Positions 35,056-46,485 are shown, counted from the stretch's first letter. The stretch: 64,000 bases of DNA from an uncultured Verrucomicrobiae bacterium (GCA_963828525.1 CAWHEP010000002.1:480001-544000), one strand, 5' to 3'. Made by a program: numbers and translations. Notes: generated from the sequence alone by a model not told the origin.

Positions 35056-35519
35056 CCGGCTGGGCGGCCGCAGGAGGAGGTTCCGCCGGCATTTGCGCGG
35101 GGGCGATTCCTCGGAGGCGCTCGAATTCCTTCTCGATCCGGCCCATCTCCTCGTCGGAGAGTTTCTCCAGGCTCATCATTTCATTCCGCGCGCTGTGCAT
35201 GGCGCGGATGAGCTCATCCAGCTTCAGGTGGATGGCCTTGGCATCCCGATTCTGCATGTTCTGGATGAGGAACACCATGAGGAAGGTGGCGAGATTGGTG
35301 ATGGTATTGATCACCATCTGCCAACTGTTGAACCCGTCCGGAAGTTTGCGTGAAAAGAGGATAGCTGGCCGCCCAGAGCACGCAAATGAGGGTTGCGATG
35401 ATGAAGGCCCAGGCGGAACCGGTAACTTCCGCAGTCCACATGGCGAACTTGCGGAAGCCGTCGCGGATCCGGCAGCGCAAGCCGCGCGCCTGGGGAGGAA
35501 CATCCGGGCAAGATTCCAT
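35045..35519 (-). CDS. Low-affinity iron permease family protein
   Basis: [41 protein letters not shown]. Confidence 0.9.
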
Positions 35520-35571
35520 GGGTCACCAAAGTATCGGAGGCAGAGAGAGGGCTGCGCTTGCCGCGGCCCGC

Positions 35572-36330
35572 TCAGAGCGGGATCGAGAGCAGCCGCCCGG
35601 AGAGAATGGCGTGGGCGTGAGTGAAGACCGCCTCCCGCGCAAAGGCGGACAGGAAACCGGGGCCACGGATGTTCGATCCCGCCGACCAGCGGGAGAAGGC
35701 GGGCAGGACCAGGATGTTCGGGCCGCTCAGGAAACAGGGGCATTTCACACTCGTGGCAATCCGGTCGTGCAGGCTGATGGCCGGATGCTCGTGGCCCATG
35801 ATGAGCCAGCCGCCCGCTTCCTCCAGCCGGGCGCGGATGCGGCCGGCGGCGGCGCTCTCCTTTTCCTCGCCGTGCAGGAGGAGATGCGGGCCGATCGCGA
35901 CTTCCGGCTCCAGGCGGATCCCCGCCAGCCCGGCGTTGCGCAGCAGGGTTTGCAAATCCCGGTCGTGATTTCCCGCGATCCAGCGGAGCGTGACGCCAGC
36001 CAGCCGCGCCACCATCGCCTCCAGCTCGGCACGCAATGCCGGCACCGGGACGGCGCGGTGGACGATATCCCCGAGCAGCACCAACTGCAGCGGCTCATAT
36101 TCCAGCACCAGGGCGGCGAGGCGGTCGATCGTGTCGTCCGGGGCGGAGAGCGGAAGCATCTGCCCCGCGTGCCGGTGAGCCCAGACGTAGCCGAGATGCA
36201 AATCCGCCGCCACCAGCGTGCGGGCAGCAGGAATCCAAAGGACATGCCGTGCGTCCAGGCATAGGCCGGCGGGGAGAAGTTCGTGAGTGCGGTGCGCTGC
36301 GGCGGCGGTTTCGATGCGGCAAGTTTACGG
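35572..36330 (-). CDS. pdeM: Ligase-associated DNA damage response metallophosphoesterase/endonuclease (start approximate)
   Basis: ADLHLG, LLGDIVH, GNHD, HGE, GHEHP, LPAFS. Confidence 0.85.
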
Positions 36331-36426
36331 AGCCCGGCACAACTCTCAACTGCGGTTTCTTCGGCGGATGCAGGACCCCCTTGCCGTAACCGGGCTTAGC
36401 TGATACGCAGAAATCCACTCACCGAT

Positions 36427-38313
36427 ATGACCCATCTCTTGACCCCCGAAATACTTGAGTCCCGCATTGCGCCCGCCGTCCTGATGGTTACCAGTTCTAC
36501 TGATAGCGCCGGCGCCACAGCCGGCGACGGTACGCTGCGTGGGGAAATCCTGGCGGCGAACGCTCATCCCGGAGCGGACGTCATTCACTTCGGCACGGCA
36601 GTCAAGACGATTACCCTTACGGCTGGAGAGCTCGATATCACCGGCACCCTGCTCATTGATGGACCCGGCCTCAGCAATTTGACCGTTACCGGCGACGGCT
36701 CCCACCGCATCTTCAATATCTCCGGCAGCGACAAGGGGCTTCCCACTATCCTCAAAGGCATGACTTTGACCGGCGGGGCAGCGAATGCGGCTTCTCCCGG
36801 GGACACGGGAGGCGCCGTCCTAACCTCCGCTTCTCTCGCCATCGACAATTGCCTGCTGGAAGACAATTCCGCCGTGAACGGCGGCGCCATTGGCGCGCAT
36901 GACCTGCATGGCTCGCTCACCCTGAACGGCACCGAACTAAGTGCCAACCAAGCCTCCGGGGATGGCGGCGGGCTCTTTCTGGTGCACATCTCCGGGCCAG
37001 TCACGATCAAGAATTCGACTCTGGACGGTAATGCCGCCGCCACGCACGGAGGGGGAATGTTCCTGCAGGACTTGGCGGCTCCGCTGTTGATCTCGGGTTC
37101 TTCCATTAACAAAAATTCCGTTACCACGACGTCAAATACTTTGACCCCGCCTGGCGAAGGCGGCGGGGCGTATGTCGAGTCCAACGACAGCTTGATCCAC
37201 ATTGTAAACAGCGGCTTCTCCGCTAATACGGCCAAGAATCGAGGGGGCGGAGCCTATCTTTCGGTCGAGGGGAAAAAGGGTTCCATCGTCATCAGCGGGT
37301 CGAGCTTCAACGACAACAAGACCAACAACGACACTACGGACAGCGCGGGGGGGCTTTACCTTTCCGCAACCGGCGGCGCGAAAACTTCGCTCATCTCTAA
37401 GACCTCCATCCTCAAGAACACCTCGCTCGGTTCCGCAGGGGGAGTGGAATTGCAGGCCGGCGCTCTCTCGTTGAACGGCGTGACGATCGGGCAAAATACC
37501 GCGGCGGAAGCCGGCGGTGGTATCACCGTCGATGGCCCCCTAAGCATGGTTTCCAGCTCCGTGGTGGGGAATACCACTTCCAGCACCGTCGGGGGTGGCG
37601 GCATCGCCATCTTGAGCAGCCCTGCCGTCACGATCAAATCCTCGCAAATCCTGGGTAATTCCACGACCGGCTCGGGAAGCCTCGGCGGCGGCATTTTGGA
37701 TTCCAGCCTGAACGGGATACTGGCCATCGGTTCGTCGCGTATCAGCAAGAACTCGTCGGAGGCCGGCGGCGGGGGCATCAACGTGGATGGCAGCCAAATG
37801 GGAGACGTGCATCTCATCATCTCCGGCAGCACTATCTCGGCAAATCAGGCCGGCGGCAGTGGCGGAGGGCTGGCCACGTCCGGCAAGCTTTCCATCGTCC
37901 TCACGGGCGATTTGTTCGAGACCAATTCGGTCAGTTCGGGAACGGGCGGCGGCGCCAGCCTGTTGACCTCCTCATCCATCCACATCAGTAAGACATCATT
38001 TGCCGCCAATACTTCGCACAGTGTAGGCGGTTTGTATGTGAATGGCACGAGCACGGCGAAACTCACCATCAGCGGGGGCCACTTCACTCAGAATGAAGGC
38101 GGCACCATTGGAGGGCTGGATATCAGCGGCTCTGTGGGCGGGTTGGTGAAATCGGTGTCCATTACGGATAACGTCAGCGATGGGGACCTGTTTGGCGCCG
38201 GGGGAATCTATGCAGGGGTAAACATTACGGTGCTGGCCAGCACCATCTCGGGCAACATCAACATCGGATACGCGACCAAGGGAAACAGCTACGGTGATTT
38301 CAAAACCTCCTGA
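36427..38313 (+). CDS. Extracellular beta-helix / Pmp-like repeat protein with LESRIAPA leader
   Basis: N-terminal PEILESRIAPA; GTLRGEILAAN..GADVIHF; many GG[AG][ILV] and [FI]xxN repeats; intact 628 aa. Confidence 0.85.
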   Translation: MTHLLTPEILESRIAPAVLMVTSSTDSAGATAGDGTLRGEILAANAHPGADVIHFGTAVKTITLTAGELDITGTLLIDGPGLSNLTVTGDGSHRIFNISGSDKGLPTILKGMTLTGGAANAASPGDTGGAVLTSASLAIDNCLLEDNSAVNGGAIGAHDLHGSLTLNGTELSANQASGDGGGLFLVHISGPVTIKNSTLDGNAAATHGGGMFLQDLAAPLLISGSSINKNSVTTTSNTLTPPGEGGGAYVESNDSLIHIVNSGFSANTAKNRGGGAYLSVEGKKGSIVISGSSFNDNKTNNDTTDSAGGLYLSATGGAKTSLISKTSILKNTSLGSAGGVELQAGALSLNGVTIGQNTAAEAGGGITVDGPLSMVSSSVVGNTTSSTVGGGGIAILSSPAVTIKSSQILGNSTTGSGSLGGGILDSSLNGILAIGSSRISKNSSEAGGGGINVDGSQMGDVHLIISGSTISANQAGGSGGGLATSGKLSIVLTGDLFETNSVSSGTGGGASLLTSSSIHISKTSFAANTSHSVGGLYVNGTSTAKLTISGGHFTQNEGGTIGGLDISGSVGGLVKSVSITDNVSDGDLFGAGGIYAGVNITVLASTISGNINIGYATKGNSYGDFKTS

Positions 38314-38341
38314 GCCTCTTCCGAGGAGATGAAGCAGCGCT

Positions 38342-39292
38342 TTAGATTTCCGCGGCGTTCACGATCCACCCGGTGCTCGCCGGCAAGTCGGTATCTCCGT
38401 AGATAGCCGCGCCTGCAGCGGGGATCGGACACCAGCCTGCGGCCCGCAGGGATTGAAGCTCCTGCGGGCCCGCGCAAAATCTGAGCGCGTGGCAGGAAAG
38501 GCTCGCTGCGATCGCAACGGCGTGGCCGATCAACTCCCGGGCATGGGCGGCGTTGCTGAACGCCAGGCAGGAGAGGAACGCGGGCCGCAGTTCACCCTCA
38601 GGCGAGACGAGACGAAGAACGGCGCGCCGGTCCTCCAGGCGCGCGCAGGCCGTTCCCCGCGGATGCACCAGCCATTGCGGCGGCAGGCTGGAGCGCTCCT
38701 TTCCACCGCTCGGGGTGAAGTGCCAGCAGCCGGAGGAAAGCTTTTCGTAAACCGCGTGGCCGGTTTCCTCTGGGGCAAGGAAAGGAGAGTCCGGCAGCGG
38801 CCCGGGTCGGGGGACAACCGGAATCCGGATGATCGCGAGCTTGCTCAGCTCGCGCTGTTTTGGAATGCCCAGCCGGCCCGAGTAGTCCGACGGCTTCGTG
38901 GCCGTGGCTTCATTCGCAATGCAAAAGGATTGCGCCGCCCGTGCTTTGGCCCATGCGGCCGCCCGCTGCAGGAGGCGCGCGGCCACCGTCCCCCGGCGGA
39001 CCTCCGGCAGCAACCGCACCTCCGTGTAGTAAACCGCCGGCCGGCACTCACCGCCCGGATCGCGCAATTCCCGCAACGCCATCTCCAGGGTTCCGGCGAT
39101 CTGGCCGTCGCGTTCTGCGGCCAGCAGGCACCAGCCGGTGCCAAGAGACCGCACAAAGGCGGAGCGATCGCTTCCATAGTCGATGCGGAAGTAGCGCTCA
39201 CCGGGCAAAGCGTAGAGGAACTTGGATTCGTACACCGCCAGCGCGCGCTGCATTTCCGGGGTGGGAATGTCCGTGATCTCGTGAATCGGCAT
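38342..39292 (-). CDS. GNAT-fold acetyltransferase-like protein
   Basis: LLAAERDGQIAG, YYTEVRLLPEVRRGTVAARLL (acetyl-CoA motif A-like); intact. Confidence 0.7.
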   Translation of the reverse strand: MPIHEITDIPTPEMQRALAVYESKFLYALPGERYFRIDYGSDRSAFVRSLGTGWCLLAAERDGQIAGTLEMALRELRDPGGECRPAVYYTEVRLLPEVRRGTVAARLLQRAAAWAKARAAQSFCIANEATATKPSDYSGRLGIPKQRELSKLAIIRIPVVPRPGPLPDSPFLAPEETGHAVYEKLSSGCWHFTPSGGKERSSLPPQWLVHPRGTACARLEDRRAVLRLVSPEGELRPAFLSCLAFSNAAHARELIGHAVAIAASLSCHALRFCAGPQELQSLRAAGWCPIPAAGAAIYGDTDLPASTGWIVNAAEI

Positions 39293-39304
39293 GCCGGGCA
39301 AATT

Positions 39305-41894
39305 CTAGACCGCCGCCTCCGCCGCGTTCAATTCACTCCACCACAAGTGGAAGAGGCGCTCCATGGTATCCGTGGGGTCTTCCACGAGCAGGGCTTCCTT
39401 GATCTTGGTGGCGTACATGGCGAAGGAAAGCGGCGGCACGTGCGCCACTTGCCGGAGGTGGAGCGGCCAGCCCGCGCGCTCCAGGCACTCCGTATATTCC
39501 AGCGCGCCCTCGGCATCCAGGAAACCGCCCGCGGCCGTGTCCTGCCGGGCGGTGCGGAGCAGCACATGCTCCGGTTCATACTTTTGCAGCACATTGAAGA
39601 TGACCTCGGTGGACCATTGCAGCTTTCGCAGCGGTTTCCGCTCGGAGAAATAATTCCGGTAAACCATGAGGCCGGTCTGGGCGGCATTGCGGAAGTGGTA
39701 TTTCAGCATCTCGGAGCTCTCCAGCGCCGCGCGAAAGTCATCCATGAGGCCCTCCGGGGACAGGATCTGCCGCAGTTCCGCGACATCGAAAAACTGGTGC
39801 TCGCCCACCGTTAGCACAAAACCGTAGTCGTGCGGCGTGCTCACGGCATTGCCGCCGCGAAGTTCGCTGAGCCGCCGCGCCACCACCCGCGAGAGCGCGT
39901 CGTTGGCCGCCCGGCCGATGAGGGAATGAAAAAAGTAGTGGCGCGGCCGCGCGGCGGCGGATTTCTCGTTGGGGTCCTCCAGCAGTTCCTCGATGAGCAG
40001 CATCCCCGTGACGGGGATTTCGGAAAGCCGATGCTGCGCCTCGAACATGGCGTGGATAACTCCGGCGTTCGCAGCGCCGCAGTCGAGCCGCGTGGCGATC
40101 CATTCCTTGATGGCGCCGTCATCGTTTTCCAGGCGGGTCCGCACCTCGCCGCGGAAGCGCATGATCTCCTCCGCCACGCCGGCGGAAAGCGGCATCTTCG
40201 CGGCATTCCAGCGCGGGATGGTAGGGAGAGCGCCATCCGCCCGCGCCACGAAAGCCTGCATCTGGCCGGTGCGCTCCAGCCGCACGGGGCGGCCGGACAT
40301 CACGAAGACGTCGCCGATCTTCAGCATGCGCATGAAGCTTTCCTCCACCGAGCCGAGCACCCGGTTCTTCAGGCGCACCTGCACCACGCCCGTTTCGGGA
40401 ATGACGCCGACGTTCTGCAAAAACTCGCGCTGCACGCGGCCCGCCCGGGTCTGGAAACTATCGTCGTCCAGCTCGATCTTGCCGAAGACATCCGCGTATT
40501 GCTGGCGGAGCGATTCGCCGCCGCCGGCCAGGTAATCGAGCACGTCATTGAAGTCGCGCGCGGGTGAGATCGCGGTAGGGGTAGGCCCCGCGAACCAGTG
40601 CGAAAGCTTCCTCGCGGTCCCAGCGGCGCTCGCAGCCCATGCTCACGAGGTGCTGCGCCAGGATATCGAGCGGCGCGTGCGGGATGCGCACGGAATCGAG
40701 CCGGCGCCCTCGGGCCAGGAGCACCGTGGCGCAGGCCTCCACGAGATCGTTTACATTCGTGGCCATGAGCACGCCGTGGCTGATGGTGTGCACATTATGC
40801 CCGGCGCGCCCGGTGCGCTGCAGGGCGCGGCTCACCCCCTTCGGCGTGGCCAGCATCACCACTAGGTCCACCGAGCCGATATCGATGCCCAGCTCCAGGC
40901 TGGTGGAGCAGACGACCGCGCGCAATTCGCCGCGCTTGAGCCGATCCTCCACCTCCTGGCGCAGGTCGCGGTCCAGCGAAGCGTGGTGGCATTCGATCTG
41001 CCCGGCCAGCTCCGGGTGCGCCTCGCGCAGCCAGAAGGTGGAGGCCTCGGCGCCGGAGCGGGTATTGGTGAAGACGAGCGTGGTGCGGTGCGCCTGCACG
41101 AGCTGGCCCAGCTCGCGGATGAGCCGCTGGCCCGTGTAGCCGGCTTCCGGGTAGGGATTCTTGCGCAACGGCGTGTGGACGCGCAGATGCACTTTTTTCG
41201 CCGTGGTCACATCGATGAGCTCGCACTGCCCATGCGTGCCGGTGAGGAATTTCCCCACCTCCGCCAGCGGCGCGACGGTCGCGGAAAGGCCGATCCGCTG
41301 CAGCTCGCGGCCGCCGTGCGTCTCGCGCACCAGCGCGGCGAGCCGCTCCATGCTCAGGGTGAGATGCACGCCGCGCTTCCCCTCGGCCAGTGCGTGGATT
41401 TCATCCACGATGACCCAGCGGACGGTGCTCAGGTTCGGCAGCCAGCGCGGCTGGCTCAGCAGCACGCAGAGCGTCTCCGGCGTGGTGAGCAGGATGTGCG
41501 GCGGCCGGTCGCGCTGCCGGGCCTTCACGGCGCCCGTCGTGTCGCCCGTGCGCATCCCGACCCGGATAGGCGCGGCGTCGATGCTCCCGTAGATCTCCCG
41601 CAGCGGCGCCTGGAGGTTCTTCTCCAGGTCATACGCGAGCGCGCGCAACGGGCTGATGTAGAGGCATTGCACCGAGTCCGGCAGAGGCGGCGGCGCGGCG
41701 GCCAGTTGGTCCAGCACCGCCAGGAAAGCGGCCAGCGTCTTGCCCGTGCCCGTAGGGGAGGCGATAAGAACGCTCTTGCCCCCGGAGATGAGGGGCCACG
41801 CCTCCTTCTGGGCGGGCGTGGGCGTGCCGTAGGTGCGGGCGAACCAGCCGTGAACGAGCGACGAAGCGGGCGGGGCGCTGCTTTTCCGGGCCAC
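39305..41894 (-). CDS. lhr: Lhr-family DEXH-box helicase (core form); one frameshift near 40545
   Basis: SPTGTGKT, YISPLRAL, TTPETL, DEIH, GLSAT, HHASL, STSLELGID, QRTGRAGH. Confidence 0.92.
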
Positions 41895-42019
41895 GGCTTT
41901 AACTTCCCCGGTATACGGTTCCGCTCTTTTTTAAGCAAAGTCCGGCATCACCGTGCATGGCGGCCAGCATCCGCCATCTCCACCCAAGCCGTCAAATCCC
42001 GGGACGGCCCCGGGAAAGT

Positions 42020-42799
42020 CTAATGATCTACCTTATGCAGCCGGTACACTGTCGTCTCGGTGCTCGCGGGCGTGCTCCCGTTGTTCGTGGTCACGGTAAA
42101 GGTCACGGTCTTGCCTTTGATGGTGAAAGGAACGGAGGTTCCATCCAGGAGCAACATGCCGGCATCCGCGAATCCGCCCGCGTCGACTGAGCCGTTTGGC
42201 TGGGTGATGGTGCTAATGCCCCCGGTCGGGGTGATCCGGGCGACGATGCTCTCGGTATGAAGCGAGGCGATATTCTGCGAAGGCACGGAAGTCGTGATCT
42301 TGACCGACCCGGTATAGCGGCCCGGCGCCGAAAAGCTGCCGGTGCTGACAATGACGTTATCGATGATCGTGGTGCCGTAGTCTGCGCCAAACGTGAGTTG
42401 GGTGGTGCCGCTGACCGCCACGAAGGTGCTTCGATGTGTGGTAAAAGTGGAAGAGCTTGGAATCGAACCGTTGTAAATCGTCGTATTTGATCCCGTCACC
42501 GACACGTAAGATTCAAAGGTCTGATTGCTGATGCCGTCGTATTGCAACACGTAAGAGACACCGGGTGTGGTCTCAAAAGTCTGGGACAGCGTCCCGTAAT
42601 TATTGGAACTTGGATCCAAATTTGCCGCATAAGCACCCTCCACTTCCCCCGTGCCGGAATCAATCGCGGTGCTTCCCTGGACCGCCCAGCCGTTGAGGTT
42701 ACCGGTTTCGAAGTCGCCGTTGGTGATGAGATTATCGGCTTTTAAAAGAGGGGAGGAGAAGGCGAGCAGCAAGCCAGCCAAAATCAGGAGAGATTTCAT
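42020..42799 (-). CDS. Secreted protein with CBM-like jelly-roll domain (NLITNGDFE) and second beta domain
   Basis: Signal peptide ending LKA; NLITNGDFETGNLNGW, LSQTFETTPGVSY, IDNV. Confidence 0.75.
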   Translation of the reverse strand: MKSLLILAGLLLAFSSPLLKADNLITNGDFETGNLNGWAVQGSTAIDSGTGEVEGAYAANLDPSSNNYGTLSQTFETTPGVSYVLQYDGISNQTFESYVSVTGSNTTIYNGSIPSSSTFTTHRSTFVAVSGTTQLTFGADYGTTIIDNVIVSTGSFSAPGRYTGSVKITTSVPSQNIASLHTESIVARITPTGGISTITQPNGSVDAGGFADAGMLLLDGTSVPFTIKGKTVTFTVTTNNGSTPASTETTVYRLHKVDH

Positions 42800-42817
42800 G
42801 ATGGAGCACAGCTAAGT

Positions 42818-42833
42818 AGCAGCTTGTACGCCA
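42818..42833 (-). promoter_or_regulatory. Putative sigma54 (-24/-12) promoter
   Basis: Minus strand TGGCGTACAAGCTGCT = GG-N10-GC immediately upstream of the secreted-protein gene. Confidence 0.55.
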
Positions 42834-42870
42834 TCTCCCGGTTACGGGATGGCTGCCCTTGAGCCCCGGG

Positions 42871-43308
42871 CTATGCGGCCGCGGCGGCCGGCAGCTCCGA
42901 GGTGCACTGCGGGCAGCGGCGCGCGTTGAGCGGGATGGTCATCGTGCAGAAAGGGCAATCCTTGGCCACGGGCGCCGCGACCGTGTCGGGCTTCTTTAGC
43001 CTGGAGAGCAGGCGGATGAGCATGAAGATGGCAAACGAGACGATCAGGAAATTGATGAGCGCCGTGAGGAAGACGCCGTAGGTCAGCATGACGGCCGGGG
43101 CTTTGGTGGCGGGGTCGGCGGCCCGCAGGACGAAGAACTTGTCCGAGAAATTTAGCCCTCCGGTCAGCAGCGTCATGGGAGGGGTGATGAGGTCCTTCAC
43201 GAGGGAATTGACCACCCCCGTAAAGGCCGCGCCGATGACCACACCCACCGCCAGGTCGATCGCGTTTCCTTTTACGGCGAAGGCCTTGAATTCTTTCCAC
43301 ATGTTCAT
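42871..43308 (-). CDS. mscL: Large-conductance mechanosensitive channel with C-terminal CxxC..CxxC
   Basis: EFKAFAVKGNAIDLAVGVVIGAAF, YGVFLTALINFLI, tail CPFC..RCPQC. Confidence 0.96.
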   Translation of the reverse strand: MNMWKEFKAFAVKGNAIDLAVGVVIGAAFTGVVNSLVKDLITPPMTLLTGGLNFSDKFFVLRAADPATKAPAVMLTYGVFLTALINFLIVSFAIFMLIRLLSRLKKPDTVAAPVAKDCPFCTMTIPLNARRCPQCTSELPAAAAA

Positions 43309-43556
43309 GCCCGCTTGTACATCTTTCTTCACGATGGAGGCAAGAGCGGCGAATGAGAGGGTGTTTCAGGCATCATTTCAGTCTATTTAGGCCATGGGAG
43401 AGGAGTGCGCGTACCGGGTTTCCCGCCACTGCCGGGAATGTCCCGGCGCAGCCCGGGCCGAAAACTTTGGACAAGGGAGGCCATCCCTGCAAATTTACCC
43501 TCCCGTTTTTCCCGGCCCGGCCCCCTGGCCCCGGAGGGCGGCTCCATCCATTTCCC

Positions 43557-43903
43557 ATGTTTTATTACCTGTTTATTCCCATCGCCGATGCCGCCGCCGC
43601 TGCCGCGCCGCCGGCTTCAATCCCGGCCCGCTGGTCTATATGGGCTGCATCTTCGTCATCTTCTACTTCCTGGCCATCCGCCCGCAGAGCCAGAAGGCGA
43701 AGCAGCAGCAGGCGCTGGTGAATGCCGTCAAGACCGGCGACCGCATCATCACGGCCAGCGGCATCCACGGCATGGTCTCCAACGTCAAGGACACCACCGT
43801 CCTCCTGAAGGTGGCGGACAACGTGAAAATCGAGATCGAGAAATCGAGCCATCGGCACCGTTCTGAAACGCGACGAGGCCGAGACGCCCCGGTTTCCTCC
43901 TAG
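43557..43903 (+). CDS. yajC: Preprotein translocase subunit YajC
   Basis: FYFLAIRPQSQKAK..KTGDRIITASGIHG; upstream of secDF. Confidence 0.93.
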
Positions 43904-44031
43904 ACTCCGGTCGCCGCTTCCTTCCCCCTCCCGCGATTATGAGTTTTTCCATTCCCTTTCTTACTCCGTTTCTTTTGGGCGATCTCGCCTCTCCCATGCC
44001 CTCGCCGCTCCCCGTGCGGCGCCTGCCGCTC

Positions 44032-46367
44032 ATGAGCCCCCACATCACTTTTCTCTTCGGCCTGCTGCTGCTGATTCTCTTCGGCTGCTATTTCGCCGCG
44101 GAGGCGCGCCGGAAGCGCATCCTGGGCAGCGTGCTCACGGTGCTGATGGTGGCCTTTTGTCTTTCGGCGTTCAATATCCACCTCGGTCTCGACCTGCAGG
44201 GCGGCACCTCCTTCGTGCTGCGCCTGAAGCCCGAGAAGGCCGCGCTGGACAAGGACACGGTCAGCCAGGCGGTGGAAGTGATCCGCAAGCGCGTGGATCA
44301 GATTCGGCGTCAGCGAGCCGGTCATCACGCCCGAGGGCAGCGGACCGCATCCGGGTGCAGATTCCCGGCCTGGAGACGGAGAATGATCGACGAGGTGCGC
44401 GAGCAGTTGAGGCGGGTGGCCAAGCTGGAATTCAAACTGGTGAATCCGCAGAGCGACCAATTGATCCCGGCGATCGAATCCGGCGCGGCAAGTCGTCCCC
44501 CCGGCTATGAGATCAAGACCCATGAGCGAGACGGGTGAGGACGGCAAAATGGTCACCATCGAAGCTTCTGGTCAAGAAGCACGGCGGACCTGGGCGGCCA
44601 GCATGTCACGCGCGCCCACGCCTTTTACGATACGCGCGGGTGGACGGCGTGGCGATGGATCTGGATAGCGAGGGCGGCACGCACTTTGGCAAGCTCACCG
44701 AGCAGGTCTTCAACGAGCACTCGCGGCTGGCCATCGTGCTGGATGGCGACGTGCAATCCGCGCCAAGCGTGAACGACGGTCCGATCTACAACGGCAGCGC
44801 GGTCATTACCGGGCATTTCACCGAGCAGGAAGCGCGGAATCTGGCCAGCGTGCTGCAAAACCCGCTGCAGACCCCGGTGGCGATCGAGGAGGAGCGGCAC
44901 ACTTCCGCCACCCTGGGCTCGGATTCGATCCGCAGCGGCATTTACGCGGGCATCGGGCGGCCTGGCTGCTGGTGCTGCTTTTCGTGGTGGTTTACTACCG
45001 CTTTGCCGGGCTGGTGGCGGTCGTCGGCCTGGTGGTGAATATCATCCTGCTCTTCGGCATCATGAGCATGTTCAACTTCGTGCTCACGCTGCCGGGCATC
45101 GCCGGCATCATCCTGACCATCGGCCTGGCGGTGGATGCGAACGTGCTCATCTACGAGCGGCTGCGCGAGGAAATGACCGCGGGCAAGTCGCTCGCCGGCG
45201 CGGTGGAATCGGCCTATAACAAGGCCTTCAGCGTCATCTTCGATGCGAACGCCACCACGCTCATCACGGCGGCCATCCTCTTCTGGCAGGCCTCGGGGCC
45301 GATCAAGGGCTTCGCGGTCACGCTCACCGTCGGCATTATCGCCTCCGTCTTTTCGGCCATGGTCGTCACGCGCACGCTCTTTGGCTGGGCGCTGCAGTTC
45401 GGCTGGATCAAGCGCATCACCATGCTGCATCTCATCAACCCGGAGAAGCAGATCGATTTCATGGGCCGCCGCCGCCTCTGGATCAGCATTTCGCTCGCGG
45501 TCATCCTGATTTCCATGGCCGGGTTCGCCTTGCGCGGCTCGCGGAATTTCGGCGTCGATTTCCTGGGGGGCGATCTGCTCACGCTCCAGCCTGCGCAGGA
45601 GGTGACGGTGGCGCAGGTGCGCGACGCGCTTGACCTCCCTGCCGTACGAAAATCGCTCGTCATCACGAAAGAGGTCAGAGGCGGGCAAGACGGGGCAGCC
45701 TTTCATCACCATCCGCAGCCCGAAGGATACGACCGTGCGAGATCGGGATATGCTGCAGAAGAACCTGCCGCAGGCGGACTTCACCATGGTCGGCGCACGA
45801 CACGGTGGGCAGCGTGGTGGGCGGGGAACTGGCGCGCACTTCGCTCTGGGCCTTCGGCCTGGCCGTGCGTCGGGATTTTGCTCTACGTGACGATCCGCTT
45901 CGAGCTTTCCTTCGCCATCGGCGCCTGGTGGCGCTGCTGCACGATGTGCTCATCACCGTGGGCGTGTTCGCCATCTGCGGCCATGAGCTTTCCCTCATCA
46001 TGGTGGGCGCGATCCTGACCATCGCCGGTTACTCGATCAACGACACCATCGTCGTCTACGACCGGATTCGCGAGGGCCTGCACAGCGGGCGGCGCGGCAC
46101 GCATCCAGGAGATCATGAATGCGTCGATCAACGAGACGCTTTCGCGCACGCTGCTGACCAGCGGTTGCACGCTGCTCTCCGTGCTGGCGCTCTTCCTCTT
46201 CGGCGGCGCGGTGCTGCGGGATTTCGCTTTCGCCATTTTGATCGGCGTGGTCGTCGGCACCTATTCCTCCATCTTCATCGCCTCGCCCATCGTGCTCTGG
46301 TGGAGCGGGCGCGGCGGCGTCCAGCCTGCAGGCCGAGGTCAAGCGCGCCCAGATCGCCGCTTACTAG
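44032..46367 (+). CDS. secDF: Fused protein translocase SecDF; frameshifted, start may be 43939
   Basis: LGLDLQGG, IGLAVDANVLIYER, FDANATT, FGVDFLGG, GYSINDTIVVYDRIRE, GTYSSIFIA; the D-to-F junction is continuous in ORF 44972..46018. Confidence 0.96.
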
Positions 46368-46371
46368 GATT

Positions 46372-46455
46372 GTCCGCAGATTAGCGCAGATTGACGCAGA
46401 TTTCGGAGAGGGGCATGCGCTGCGCTCTCCTAGAAATCTGCGTTCATCTGCGGAC
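46372..46455. repeat. Palindromic element of 10-nt-period CGCAGAT/ATCTGCG units, copy 2
   Basis: GTCCGCAGAT-TAGCGCAGAT-TGACGCAGAT-TT ... GGAGAG/CTCTCC ... AAATCTGCG-TTCATCTGCG-GAC, between convergent genes. Confidence 0.8.
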
Positions 46456-46485
46456 CTTCCCACAGATCGCCTGAGGCCTTCCGCA

